Part shown: one piece after another, positions 10,565-19,407 of the stretch
Layout: every line of letters begins with the position of its first letter
How positions within the stretch are numbered: position 1 is the stretch's first letter
IMG/VR virus record: IMGVR_UViG_2663762886_000011
DNA: 57,853 bases
Source of the DNA: a virus
Taxonomy: Duplodnaviria; Heunggongvirae; Uroviricota; Caudoviricetes
Direction: 5' to 3' (one strand)
The notes under the pieces: model-generated
What the model saw: the letters and a program-made list of their open reading frames with translations, nothing else
What the model was told of the DNA's origin: nothing
Database searches by the model: none
Position numbers and translations under genes: made by a program

Positions 10565-11326
10565 ATGGAGACTGTTTTTGACGCACTGAAAGCAATGGGA
10601 AAAGCCACATCCATAGAACTTGCTGCGCGACTTGATATCAGTCGTGAAGAAGTGCTGAACGAACTATGGGAACTGAAAAAAGCTGGTTTCGTTGATAAAA
10701 GCGCGTACACCTGGCGTGTGGCTGATAACAACGTTCAGCAGGAACAGCCAATGCAGGCAGAACTGCCGGAAGAAACCACCACGGCAACTGTAGTGAAAAT
10801 CTCAGAGTGCGATTTAACCGCGACGATTGAACAACGCGGACCACAAACGGCGGATGAACTGGCTACGCTGTTCGGTACAACATCCCGCAAAGTTGCTTCA
10901 ACGCTGGCAATGGCAATCAGCAAAGGACGCCTGATTCGCGTAAACCAGAACAGTAAATTTCGTTACTGCATGCCGGGCGATAATTTACCAGCAGAGCCGA
11001 AAGCTGCATCGGTAGCGGAAACTGATGGTAAAGCCTTTCCTCAGCCAGCCGGTGTTGCGTTACCAGTACAGGAAGCGGCAACACAGGAAGATATTAAAAC
11101 AGAAACTGTGGCGGACATTGTGCAGTCGCTGCCATCGTTTACTGAAACGCAAGCGGATGACCTAGTTTTACCATCGCTGCATATGGCAAACCGCGAACTG
11201 CGTCGGGCGAAAAATCATGTCCAGAAGTGGGAGCGAGTCTGCGCCGCGCTGCGGGAGCTGAACAAGCACCGGGATATTGTCCGACAGATTGTCGATTCCT
11301 CCAGTCGTATTGTGTCGGAAAAGTGA
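10565..11326 (+). CDS. Tandem winged-helix protein (ydaW position)
   Basis: Start at [13 protein letters not shown]...; two HTH-like segments. Confidence 0.5.
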   Translation: METVFDALKAMGKATSIELAARLDISREEVLNELWELKKAGFVDKSAYTWRVADNNVQQEQPMQAELPEETTTATVVKISECDLTATIEQRGPQTADELATLFGTTSRKVASTLAMAISKGRLIRVNQNSKFRYCMPGDNLPAEPKAASVAETDGKAFPQPAGVALPVQEAATQEDIKTETVADIVQSLPSFTETQADDLVLPSLHMANRELRRAKNHVQKWERVCAALRELNKHRDIVRQIVDSSSRIVSEK

Positions 11327-11341
11327 TTGCCGGGGGCGCTT

Positions 11342-11758
11342 ATGGCAAAAGTATTTACACAGGAAGAGCGTGAAAAAATTAAGGAGCAGGTTGTTGAGTT
11401 GGTACGCCAGAGTGGGCGCGAGACGTTAAGGCAACTGGAGGCCAAGACAGGTGCGACAAGATATCTGATGAGCATTCTTGCCAGAGAGTTGGTTGCCAGT
11501 GGCGATGTATACAACTCTGGTTACGGGTTATTCCCGTCTGAACAGGCGCGTAAGGATTGGAAAAACGCCCGCAAAAAACTATCCAGGGCAAAGGTGAAAA
11601 AAACGGTTGTGGTTGATCCTGACCTTATCTGGTCATTACCAGACGGAGAAATACGCCGCTATGACAGGCGTCAGAACATAATCTGTCGCGAGTGCCGGAA
11701 GAGTGAAGTTATGAAACGTGTACTGGCATTTTATCAAGGAAATCTTCGGTATTTATAG
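11342..11758 (+). CDS. Hypothetical phage protein
   Basis: ORF with backbone-like GC content; ATG at MAKVFTQEEREK... Confidence 0.5.
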   Translation: MAKVFTQEEREKIKEQVVELVRQSGRETLRQLEAKTGATRYLMSILARELVASGDVYNSGYGLFPSEQARKDWKNARKKLSRAKVKKTVVVDPDLIWSLPDGEIRRYDRRQNIICRECRKSEVMKRVLAFYQGNLRYL

Positions 11759-11896
11759 ACGTTACTAGATCAAAGAGCATTAGTTCATATGTAAATTGAC
11801 ATTTTTCTGGCACAGGGGAGAGCTAGCGTGGTTGTCCGCTTTGTGCCAATAGCGGACATTGCTGGCTCATGGTATGTTAGTTTAAGGAGGCAGGTT

Positions 11897-12919
11897 ATGC
11901 CCTGTATTTCGCTGTGGTATAATAGTTGCGCAATTGATACAAGGGAGCGTTACATCGTGAAAATTGTTTTCGAGGTTAATGGAAAGAAAGTTCCACTAAA
12001 ATCTTTAAAATACATAAGCAAAAAAGATCAACTCGAAGTAATGAAAAACTGGTTCTTTGAAAACTTTGAAGATCCGGCAAATGCTTGTCCGTATGAAAGT
12101 AGAGAAGGTGGCTATGCTTACATATATGGCGGGCCGTATGATGCGAGCGAAGAACTACAATCCATCTTCGGTCAATATGTTAAATCTGAGTATATTGAGG
12201 AATTAGTAGATGAATTACAAACACAATGTTTTGACTGGTCTGGAAACTCAAATAATATAGATGATTGGTACGATGATGATATCTACGACGCTGTAACGTC
12301 TTCCGGTAATCCGTATTTAAAATTCATTGATAATATCGATAAAATAAAAAAACTTGCAAAAGATAAAACTGAACAACAGCAAAAAAACCACTTGCTTAGT
12401 TTGCTCTACACGAATGTTATTACAGCTTTGGAAACGCTTTATGTTGAGCTATTCATTAATTCTATAGAGAAAGATGATGTCTACATAGCCAATTGTATAG
12501 AAAAAGGTAAGACTGAATTTAAAGTAAGCAAAGATATTGCTGCGTTGCCTTTCAAGGGTGAACCCATCGAGAAAATTAGGGGAGAGCTAATCAGGTCAAT
12601 CAAGGAACACTTGATCAGTGCAAGCTGGCATAGCACTAAAAAGGTAATCGACCGCTATGAAGCTACATTCGATATAAAAGTACAAAAAGACTGTCCGATA
12701 GAAGCTATTGAATTGGCAACCCTCAATCGAAATCACTTAGTGCATCGTGGTGGAAAGGATAAAGAAGGGAACCTCGTAGTGATTACAGACCAGGATCTTG
12801 AAACGCTGATTGAAAATGCATCGAACCTGGCAATTATGCTCTACAACAGTTTAAATGTAGCAACGAATAAAACCACCATTTTGCAACCAGATGACAAACC
12901 GTTCATTCATGAATTTTAA
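11897..12919 (+). CDS. Candidate defence protein A with HEPN-like Rx4H motif, about 340 aa
   Basis: AT-rich ORF; SD TAAGGAGG 6 nt before ATG 11897 (alternative GTG 11957 preceded by AAGGGAG); C-terminal LNRNHLVHRG matches HEPN R-x(4-6)-H. Confidence 0.6.
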   Translation: MPCISLWYNSCAIDTRERYIVKIVFEVNGKKVPLKSLKYISKKDQLEVMKNWFFENFEDPANACPYESREGGYAYIYGGPYDASEELQSIFGQYVKSEYIEELVDELQTQCFDWSGNSNNIDDWYDDDIYDAVTSSGNPYLKFIDNIDKIKKLAKDKTEQQQKNHLLSLLYTNVITALETLYVELFINSIEKDDVYIANCIEKGKTEFKVSKDIAALPFKGEPIEKIRGELIRSIKEHLISASWHSTKKVIDRYEATFDIKVQKDCPIEAIELATLNRNHLVHRGGKDKEGNLVVITDQDLETLIENASNLAIMLYNSLNVATNKTTILQPDDKPFIHEF

Positions 12920-12934
12920 TAGCGCAGGTCATAC

Positions 12935-13936
12935 ATGGATATTCGCACACGAAAGACAAAATTTTTAGAGTCGTTAGATTCAACTGAAGTGATACGCAAA
13001 GCAGTAAGTCTCGCTATAGATTGCATTATTGATAATCATAATAGTAATGAAGATACCCCCTTAGTTATTACCAGCTATGATGATCTCTGTAGAATCCAGG
13101 TGCTAAATTATGTACAGGAGTTTTGCGAAGCTGCATTCCCTGATATGGATGAATATTACTTTAGTCCTAACATACTTCGCATCAACGGCAAGACTAGTGA
13201 AGAAGCTTGTATTAACTTAATTAAACTCTTAAGAAGTACAAAAGGCATGCTATTCTGGTCCGATGCCCCATCGTGGTTCGCTAGCCTCCCCGACGGATTA
13301 TTCCATGTTGTTAACATTGATCAAAAAATCGTTACTCGCGGCCTTAATAAGAAAAACTCTAAGCCGACAATAATCAATAAAGATTACAGTGTAGATACAC
13401 TACTATCAGAGCTATTTTTGAATGGCGCACACATGGAGCAACCCAACGTACACAACGTTTCTGAGGGAAACATGAAGTTCTATGATGAATGCCATGCTGG
13501 ATTAATCAGACCAATACCCGCTCCAATAGGCGCGTCATACGATGAAGAGATCACAATTAATTCTCCAGATTGGCAAAAGCTCGCGTGTGTAGCTTTACGC
13601 CGCTATCAGTCGAAGGAATGTCATGACGGAATGCAATGGGATACAACCGATCATGGTTGGACTGATGTAATCGCGTATCCATTCGTCGAAGAAATACAAT
13701 CAATGGATAATAGTGGTTATCGACAATGTTTAGTTGGGCTGGTCACAATAAACAATTCAAATGCAAATTCTCCGTACCTATCTACCGTTTGGATACATCC
13801 ATTTTATCGCAGGAGAGGGTTATTAAGTAAGTTATGGCCAAAATTACAAGAGTTATATGGAAGTAACTTCGAAATTGAGCGACCTAATGAAAATATGAAA
13901 GCATTTCTGAAAAGTGCGAAACACGCAGATTACTAA
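12935..13936 (+). CDS. Candidate defence protein B with GNAT-like C-terminal motif, 333 aa
   Basis: AT-rich ORF 15 nt downstream of protein A; C-terminus STVWIHPFYRRRGLLSKLWPKL resembles GNAT motif A. Confidence 0.6.
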   Translation: MDIRTRKTKFLESLDSTEVIRKAVSLAIDCIIDNHNSNEDTPLVITSYDDLCRIQVLNYVQEFCEAAFPDMDEYYFSPNILRINGKTSEEACINLIKLLRSTKGMLFWSDAPSWFASLPDGLFHVVNIDQKIVTRGLNKKNSKPTIINKDYSVDTLLSELFLNGAHMEQPNVHNVSEGNMKFYDECHAGLIRPIPAPIGASYDEEITINSPDWQKLACVALRRYQSKECHDGMQWDTTDHGWTDVIAYPFVEEIQSMDNSGYRQCLVGLVTINNSNANSPYLSTVWIHPFYRRRGLLSKLWPKLQELYGSNFEIERPNENMKAFLKSAKHADY

Positions 13937-14496
13937 TTTATGAATCAGTCTGTGGAGTTAGGGTTGGTGTGAACAAGTAGGGTAAGAGCCTCAACGTGAT
14001 GCTATGCCGACCTGCTCCCTGAGAATTCACACAGAAGGCTGCTAGCAATGTCTGCAGATCGCTCAAAGCGGACTAAAATGTTGGCTTGTTTCTGACTTAG
14101 AGCATTTAAGGAAGTGCTGGTGGTGACTGGTTGTTGTGTTCCATTTCTACAGAATAAAATCACAGAAACTATACCCAATAGTTGTATTGAATCACTGACG
14201 AGACAGCCTCATATTTATCAGGACTGGTGTGCGTCTAATACAGGGGGTTGTCGTGCTGGTTCTCAAATGTGCGCTGGCTATTGCGGCTGTAATGGCAATT
14301 TATTGTCTTGCTGTTGTTCTTATGGAGCGGCTTTCTGATTGATTACATACTGGCTAGAAAAAAGGTGTTACCTTGGTTTATCTTTGTCCGGCAAGGTGCG
14401 CTCATTAATCTTAAGTAAATTTATTGCTCAAGTATTCAGATTACTTCTTATGGTTGAAGTCTCCTGTCAATGTAGAACCAATATATTTACAAAAAT

Positions 14497-14530
14497 GAGA
14501 CCCGTCGGGGATAGCCCTGCCGGGTCTGAC
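14497..14530 (-). terminator. Intrinsic terminator downstream of yeaR-like gene
   Basis: Inverted repeat AGACCCG...CGGGTCT followed by T-run on the minus strand. Confidence 0.5.
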
Positions 14531-14556
14531 TGTTAAAGCATTTTTAATATGATCAT

Positions 14557-14895
14557 CTATTTTTTGGTGCTATAGACTTTTTCGCCCGAAAAGTCTGGAG
14601 CGACCCAAAAGTTAATATTAAACTGAGCATCATCGCTTAGTTCAACACGGTGCCAGTATTGTGGTGGGCTTGTTGCAAAAGCGCCAGCATTAATGACTAC
14701 TTTTATCTCCGGTTCAGTAGCATTCTCATCAGTAAAACCATAATATGTTACAGTGCCTTCCATTACGCACAACTGCCCAAAAACACCTGCTGCTGTATTA
14801 TGATGTGTTAATAACGCTGAAGGTACGTTCTCTTTTGTGAAGAACGGAGTTGAGCGTTTGATTACCCAATCTTTAGGAATTCTCTTGTGTGTCAT
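14557..14895 (-). CDS. YeaR-like DUF1971 protein, 112 aa
   Basis: Translation (RSTPFFTKENVPSA...CVMEGTVTYYGF...PPQYWHRVE...FNINFWVAPD) parallels E. coli YeaR; SD GGAGGAGGTGG before ATG 14895. Confidence 0.75.
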   Translation of the reverse strand: MTHKRIPKDWVIKRSTPFFTKENVPSALLTHHNTAAGVFGQLCVMEGTVTYYGFTDENATEPEIKVVINAGAFATSPPQYWHRVELSDDAQFNINFWVAPDFSGEKVYSTKK

Positions 14896-14910
14896 AACCA
14901 CCTCCTCCAA

Positions 14911-14933
14911 AACATGCATTAAAAATGCATCTT
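14911..14933. promoter_or_regulatory. NsrR-type operator (11-1-11 inverted repeat)
   Basis: AACATGCATTA-A-AAATGCATCTT immediately upstream of the yeaR-like SD; TTGACA on the minus strand about 20 nt further upstream. Confidence 0.5.
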
Positions 14934-15708
14934 TTGGAGGGTTATGTCAAGCTGTTATGAAACACATAATTGATATGTTGATTAGAGGAGAAGATAGAAT
15001 AAATATGGTTGTTTTTCGTATAACTATTTGTTTTACTTTTAGTTTATGCATTCTGTGTGTTAGGAATAAGTTATTAAAGTTTAATCAAAAAATCTCGATG
15101 TAGTCCACATAGATTACTGTTACTGAACCTTATTGTGTGTATTAGTTGTGTTCTGAAATTTCAGCTTAATTATTTATGATGTATTTTTTAACGATAAATA
15201 TTTTCCCAGGATACCTTTACTGTGTATATAAATAAATTATATACGCATAAATAATGTAAAGGCGTCCTTTTAGATATATCTTATCAAATGTTAATGACTT
15301 GAGTGGGAAATATGATTCCAGCAACTTATCATGTGGCTACTTTATAAAAATAATGCCCATATAAAACAACAAGCGAAAAGGATTACGGATAAAAAAGGAG
15401 CGAGATGTGCGAACTTGTTATTTTCCATGTTTAACCACCTTAAATAATTGATGATGACGGGATGATTGCATCTGTAATGCTTTTATTGAAATGTTATGAT
15501 AAAAAAGAACTTTTGCATAACATTAAAATGTAATTTATCTAATCGTTTTTAATAATAAGTGTCGTATTTCTATCCTTGTACCAGCTATTTGATATGTAGT
15601 GTTTGTTCATGCTATGTGGGGCTTTACACCATAGCCAGTTTATTTATACTTTATTCGTCAGCCTGAACAACTGGCATCTGCTGCGCTGCGCCATCGAGAG
15701 ATTGAGAA

Positions 15709-16308
15709 ATGGCGCATATACAACTGGTCAAACAAACCTCTTCTGGTTTACTTCTCCCGGCGACGCCGGAGAGTTGCGATTTTCTGCATCAAATCAAAAT
15801 AGGTGAGTGGATACACGCAGACTTTAAGCGTGTGTGTAACTACGCATTCCACAAGCGTTTTTTCAAACTCCTGCAACTGGGTTTCGATTACTGGACTCCG
15901 GTCGGTGGGGCGATCACGCCTCGCGAACGAGAACTGCTGTCTGGTTTCGTTGATTACCTGTGCGAATCAGTTGGTCGGGAACACACGCCAGCCCTGAGTG
16001 ATGCCGCAGAGCAATACCTTAACACCGTTGCGACTCGTAGAACCCGGGATACGGCGTTGCTAAAGTCGTTTGAGGCTTTCCGCGAGTGGGTAACCATTCA
16101 GGCCGGATTTTACACCGAGCATATTTATCCGGACGGTAGCCGTGGGCGTCGGGCAAAATCCATCGCTTTTGCGAATATGGACGAAGTCGAGTTTCAGCAG
16201 GTTTATAAATCTGTACTGAATGTGCTGTGGAACTGGATTCTGTTCCGTAAATTCTCCTCTCAGGAGGAAGTTGAAAATGTGGCCGCACAACTACTGGAGT
16301 TTGCGTAA
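15709..16308 (+). CDS. Conserved lambdoid nin-region protein, 199 aa
   Basis: ORF upstream of DUF1364-like gene and Q-like gene; family assignment uncertain. Confidence 0.5.
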   Translation: MAHIQLVKQTSSGLLLPATPESCDFLHQIKIGEWIHADFKRVCNYAFHKRFFKLLQLGFDYWTPVGGAITPRERELLSGFVDYLCESVGREHTPALSDAAEQYLNTVATRRTRDTALLKSFEAFREWVTIQAGFYTEHIYPDGSRGRRAKSIAFANMDEVEFQQVYKSVLNVLWNWILFRKFSSQEEVENVAAQLLEFA

Positions 16309-16598
16309 TGGTGAATTTACGTAAAGCGGCTAAAGGCCAGATGTGCCAGATCAGAATCCCTGGCTACTGCAATCACAATCCCGAAACCTCTGTGCTGGCG
16401 CATTACAGGCTGGCGGGGACGTGCGGGACAGCGACAAAACCACATGATATGCAGGCGGCGATAGCCTGTAGCTCATGCCACGATCTAATCGACGGGCGGG
16501 TAAAAACCAGCGATTACACCAAAGAAGAATTGCGCCTGATGCATGCTGAAGGGGTTTTTCGCACACAAGAAATCTGGAGAAAGAAAGGTCATTTATGA
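16308..16598 (+). CDS. DUF1364 YbcO-like Cys-cluster protein, putative nuclease, 96 aa
   Basis: Translation MVNLRKAAKGQMCQIRIPGYCNHNPETSVLAHYRL...ACSSCHDLIDGR resembles YbcO-type proteins. Confidence 0.6.
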   Translation: MVNLRKAAKGQMCQIRIPGYCNHNPETSVLAHYRLAGTCGTATKPHDMQAAIACSSCHDLIDGRVKTSDYTKEELRLMHAEGVFRTQEIWRKKGHL

Positions 16599-17137
16599 TT
16601 TACCCAACGAATACAGGAAAAAGCGGAGAACACCTTCGCCTCACCACGCTGGAAAGTGTCTGGATTCAGGGAAAACTACGTATGTGGGGGCGCTGGTCGT
16701 ATATTGGCGGTGGCAGGTCAGGGAATATGTTCAATCAGTTGTTGGCATCCAAAAAACTGACGAAAACAGCCATTAATGAAGCCCTGCGCAGAATGAAAAA
16801 AGCGGGAATAGAGAAAGCTGAGCTGGAAGCGTTTTTGCGAGAGATGATCAACGGCAAGCAAAAGAGCTGGCTGGCGCATTGTACTGATGCAGAGGCGTTA
16901 TGTATTGATCGAGTCATAAGTGAGGTGCTGGCAGAGCATCCAGGATTGATTTGCATTCTCCGGCAACGCTATGAAGGGCGGGGGATGACTAAGCGCAAAA
17001 TGGCTGAATTGCTAAATGATGCACACCCAGAGTGGTGTTTTAGCACATGCGAAAAACGGATTGCTAATTGGTTAGCTGTTGCTGAGTATGCCCTATATAT
17101 TCCCATGCGTGAATCATTTGCTGAGAAAATGGCTTGA
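16595..17137 (+). CDS. Putative late-gene antiterminator (Q-like by position), 180 aa
   Basis: Last gene of the nin-like block, directly followed by a strong intrinsic terminator and then the lysis region; no motif-level confirmation. Confidence 0.45.
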   Translation: MIYPTNTGKSGEHLRLTTLESVWIQGKLRMWGRWSYIGGGRSGNMFNQLLASKKLTKTAINEALRRMKKAGIEKAELEAFLREMINGKQKSWLAHCTDAEALCIDRVISEVLAEHPGLICILRQRYEGRGMTKRKMAELLNDAHPEWCFSTCEKRIANWLAVAEYALYIPMRESFAEKMA

Positions 17138-17215
17138 TTTCTTACGTATAAACTGCTTCAATTTTGCTATGCTTCGCAAAGCTGTATCGCGAGGCGGATT
17201 GCAGACATGGACATC

Positions 17216-17245
17216 GTAAAAAAACCGCTTAATGCGGTTTTTTTA
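17216..17245 (+). terminator. Intrinsic terminator (tR'-like) downstream of Q-like gene
   Basis: AAAAAACCGC-TTAAT-GCGGTTTTTTT: perfect stem, A-run before and T-run after (bidirectional). Confidence 0.65.
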
Positions 17246-17562
17246 CGTCAGGAAAGCAGGGGAGAATGCTGCTAGTTGGGCAACTGGTCTTTCTGCTCCA
17301 AATTATAACAGAGACCAGTTATAGTTTCGGTGCTGTGTTTTTTTTACAATATTGTGATAACACATTGCTGGCGGGAGTTTTGATATTTCTTGGCAGGGGC
17401 TGATGATGCGTTATCCTGATGTCGTCAACTCATATAAAATGAGATGAGAGATCATTGCAGGGTGGTTTGTAATTCGCTGTTTAGCGGGACAATATGTTGT
17501 CTGATACAAGACACCCGACGCCTCAGATTACTATAATAAAGACGAAGCATCCTTTGTATTGA

Positions 17563-17595
17563 CCAACCGCCTGTTTAGGCGGTTCTTTTTGGGCT
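17563..17595 (+). terminator. Second hairpin plus T-tract
   Basis: AACCGCC-TGTTTA-GGCGGTT followed by CTTTTT. Confidence 0.45.
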
Positions 17596-18122
17596 GGTTT
17601 ATTGTATGCCAAATGATTATTAAAAAGGTTGTGTTAATAACAAGATCCGAAATAATATGCCTGCATATTTTTATCTTGCTTATATTCTGCATATTGTGCA
17701 TAGCAGGCTCATCCCTGCAATCAAAACTGTATGATGAGTATTTTTTGTTTTCCTTTTTTCCAGTCATCTGATGATGACCTGCTTCTTTTTAATCCGGATC
17801 GACATCAGTTTTTTAAGATAATTCCTGCGAGTTATATGCATAAATGCCACAAACTCCGCATTTTATGTGGTTGGGAGTTGCCGGGCGCGCAGTGAGTTTG
17901 CTAAGAAAACTCCTGCATGGTGAATCCCCCTGTGCGGTGGGGTGATACCATTAACCTTTTCTGTCGCCGACAGGTATCACGAACATTTTGTTCACCGGGA
18001 GGCACCCGGCACCATGCACTTCAATAGATTCTCTCCACATTATGGATATTCTTTCAGAATATCCCACGCAGACTTTGTGTAAATGTTAACAAATGTGCGT
18101 TTTATTTGATCTGATTCGCTGT

Positions 18123-18152
18123 TTGAGCGTCCAAAACAACGGTATATATAAT
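18123..18152 (+). promoter_or_regulatory. Candidate sigma70 promoter for lipoprotein gene
   Basis: TTGAGC then about 18 bp then TATAAT, roughly 30 nt upstream of SD GAGGA and ATG 18182. Confidence 0.4.
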
Positions 18153-18181
18153 CCTTTACTATATGACATATGTGAGGAAAA

Positions 18182-18610
18182 ATGGGTTTTCGTAGCGCAT
18201 CAATTCTTACGTTGATTATTAGTGGGATTATTATCGGGTGCACTGATGCTGTATCGACAAATTATCATGACCGTACATCATATTACTCCGATAAAGCAAT
18301 AGAGACACAGTATGTGAGTTCATCTGAACGTACTTCTGATGTTAGTGAGGATATCCGTCTGTATGCCCATCAAATCAAGAGCGCCATCGAAAAACAGTTC
18401 GGGGATGCGAGTAAGTATTCAGGAAAAGAGTGTACACTGAGAATGCATATGGCCCCGAATGGCCTTCTACTGGAGGTTAAAAGAGAAAGTGGAGACCTCG
18501 ATTTATGTCGTGAAGCGATGAATGCGATAAAGAATGCTGATATACCTGCCCCCCCTTCGCCGGAAGTATATAAAGTATTTCAAAATGGGGTGCTGGATTT
18601 TAAACCCTGA
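18182..18610 (+). CDS. Lipoprotein with TolA domain III-like C-terminus, 142 aa
   Basis: Signal peptide with lipobox IIGC; C-terminal YAHQIKSAIEKQFGDASKYSGKECTLRMHMAPNGLLLEVK...CREAMNAIKNADIPAPPSPEVYKVFQNGVLDFKP resembles the TolA C-terminus including both Cys. Confidence 0.8.
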   Translation: MGFRSASILTLIISGIIIGCTDAVSTNYHDRTSYYSDKAIETQYVSSSERTSDVSEDIRLYAHQIKSAIEKQFGDASKYSGKECTLRMHMAPNGLLLEVKRESGDLDLCREAMNAIKNADIPAPPSPEVYKVFQNGVLDFKP

Positions 18611-18760
18611 TATTTATTGTTTTGTAATAAACGGTTTCGGCTTAGGTTTGTTCTGACACAGCTACGGCACTGAGCTAAATTTAGCGGATAGTCAGCTCTG
18701 AGCCAGTGGCGGACGTAACAACTACTATTGCTGAGATTTTAATGGATTGAGGAGCAAGAA

Positions 18761-19156
18761 GTGGGATTAAAGAAAATCGTTATGTTGACTTTTTGGGTCG
18801 GTTTTGTTGCGGGATGCACACCTTTACACCCTTCAGATTGCCACAAAACTACTGCTACAGGTAGTTGCAGTTCAGGACGCTGGGATGATCAGGATGAATG
18901 GGGGGCGCAAGCGCGGGGAATCAGAGCTGCAATTAATGCCAAACTTGATGAGCCGCATAACTGGAAAGGGAAAAAATGCAGGTTGCATATGGAATTCTCT
19001 CAGGATGGCACGGCGTTAAAAATATCTACCAGTAACGGTGATAAAGCCTATTGCGAAGCGATAAAGTCCGCAGCTCATAAAGCCAAATTTCCGGCCTTCA
19101 ACAATCCGGAAGTCTACAGAGATTTTCAGAAATCTGGCTTTGACATGCGAGGTTAG
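18761..19156 (+). CDS. Paralogous lipoprotein with divergent TolA-III-like domain, 131 aa
   Basis: GTG start with SD GAGGAG; lipobox VAGC; shares GKKCRLHMEF...CEAIKSAAHKAKFPAFNNPEVYRDFQ pattern with the upstream lipoprotein. Confidence 0.7.
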   Translation: MGLKKIVMLTFWVGFVAGCTPLHPSDCHKTTATGSCSSGRWDDQDEWGAQARGIRAAINAKLDEPHNWKGKKCRLHMEFSQDGTALKISTSNGDKAYCEAIKSAAHKAKFPAFNNPEVYRDFQKSGFDMRG

Positions 19157-19281
19157 CTCTTCAATTACTATATCTCATTCATAGCAAACTGACAGATTTG
19201 ATGATGTTCTATATACGAAACCTGTGATGTCAAGTCTGAGCTAATACAAATAAACATAATATCAGAGAAATACATTTTATT

Positions 19282-19304
19282 AGCTCGCTACGGCGAGCTT
19301 TTTA
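19282..19304 (+). terminator. Intrinsic terminator after lipoprotein genes
   Basis: AGCTCGC-TACG-GCGAGCT followed by TTTT. Confidence 0.5.
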
Positions 19305-19407
19305 TATTGCATCGTCTCCAGCATATATATCAATTAAGGCTCTGATTGATGTGTCTGAAAGCCTACACATAATAACTATGCCATCCGTTCCGTGCGGAGG
19401 TGAGGCT

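Noticed and set aside
12935-13936. Protein B as the toxin of a classical GNAT type II toxin-antitoxin pair
   Set aside because: Classical GNAT toxins are about 160-180 aa with a small RHH/HTH antitoxin gene adjacent; here the GNAT-like region is the C-terminal part of a 333-aa protein and the partner is a 340-aa HEPN-like protein, so the classical layout does not fit.
17559-17771. Hydrophobic 70-aa ORF starting at TTG in the late-control spacer
   Set aside because: Start overlaps a terminator hairpin, no SD, very AT-rich low-complexity translation; more likely non-coding.
17140-19400. Shiga-toxin or tRNA genes in the Q-to-lysis slot
   Set aside because: Looked for tRNA-like T-arm motifs and for stxA/B-like ORFs; none present; the slot holds the two lipoprotein genes instead.
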